NCBI RefSeq assembly: GCF_009914755.1
Contig: NC_060937.1
From: the human T2T-CHM13v2.0 reference genome, Homo sapiens
Strand: one strand, 5' to 3'
Length of the DNA stretch: 64,000 bases
In this document: positions 63,486-64,000 of the stretch, piece after piece
Numbering within the stretch: position 1 is the first letter of the stretch
Layout of the letters: each line of letters starts with the position of its first letter
The notes under the pieces: model-generated
The model's input: the letters and a program-made list of their open reading frames with translations, nothing else
What the model was told of the DNA's origin: nothing
Database searches by the model: none
Position numbers and translations under genes: made by a program

Positions 63486-64000
63486 GCTTCTCGTTCTTGA
63501 TACCTCTGCTGCCCTTAACAAACCCACAAAGATTTTAATAAATTAAATCAATAAATGAATGAATATGCCATAAATAAAAAAGAACAGAAAGCCTTCTACT
63601 TAATTAAGTGGCAGGACTTACTCAACCATCAGCTCCCAGTTGAAATTTCACCTGGGCTTCCTTGTACAGTGCTCCTTCTTCCCCTCCTTGCCTCATTAGT
63701 GACTTCCCTTCCTCTGCATCCCAGTTTAAGTGTCACATCCTAGAGAAGCCTTCTTGGTCTTCTCTGACTTAGATCCTCTGTTTTGTCATCTCATGTGGCC
63801 TATATCTTTCTCATTCATAATCAACACTGTTGTTCCACATTGATATATAATTTAACTATTTGATTAATATCAGTCCCCTTTAATTAATTATAACATCAAA
63901 AAGAATGAAGAGTGTGTCTGATTTTGCTCTCATTTCTCACAGCTAAAACTGTGTCTGGCACATAGTAAATGCTCATTAAATACTTATGAAATGTAGGAAG

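Overview
Primate (human-like) genomic DNA containing the 5' two-thirds of SMAD9 (SMAD8/9, a BMP receptor-regulated SMAD) on the minus strand. A CpG-island promoter and non-coding exon 1 with GCC triplet runs lie at ~55.3-55.5 kb, followed by a ~40 kb intron 1 and coding exons at 14523-14934 (MH1), 7902-8159 (linker), 2516-2626 (in-frame 111-nt cassette) and 780-1001 (start of MH2). The rest of the gene lies left of the window. Upstream are two processed pseudogenes, of LAMTOR3 (+) and RPL29 (-, split by an Alu). Most of the remainder is Alu, L1, L2, MIR, MaLR LTR and MER/Tigger/Charlie repeats. Main leads: (1) a heavily decayed, unidentified, protein-like reading frame of about 560 codons in intron 1 (~24.2-25.9 kb, possibly also 27.4-28.2 kb), partly re-joined by removing a poly(A)-only insertion; (2) an exon-1 uORF that reads the GCC runs as poly-Arg and is separated from the SMAD9 frame by one TAG; (3) candidate BMP/SMAD response elements near the promoter that suggest autoregulation. 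Repeat subfamily names and pseudogene symbols come from recall, not from a database search.
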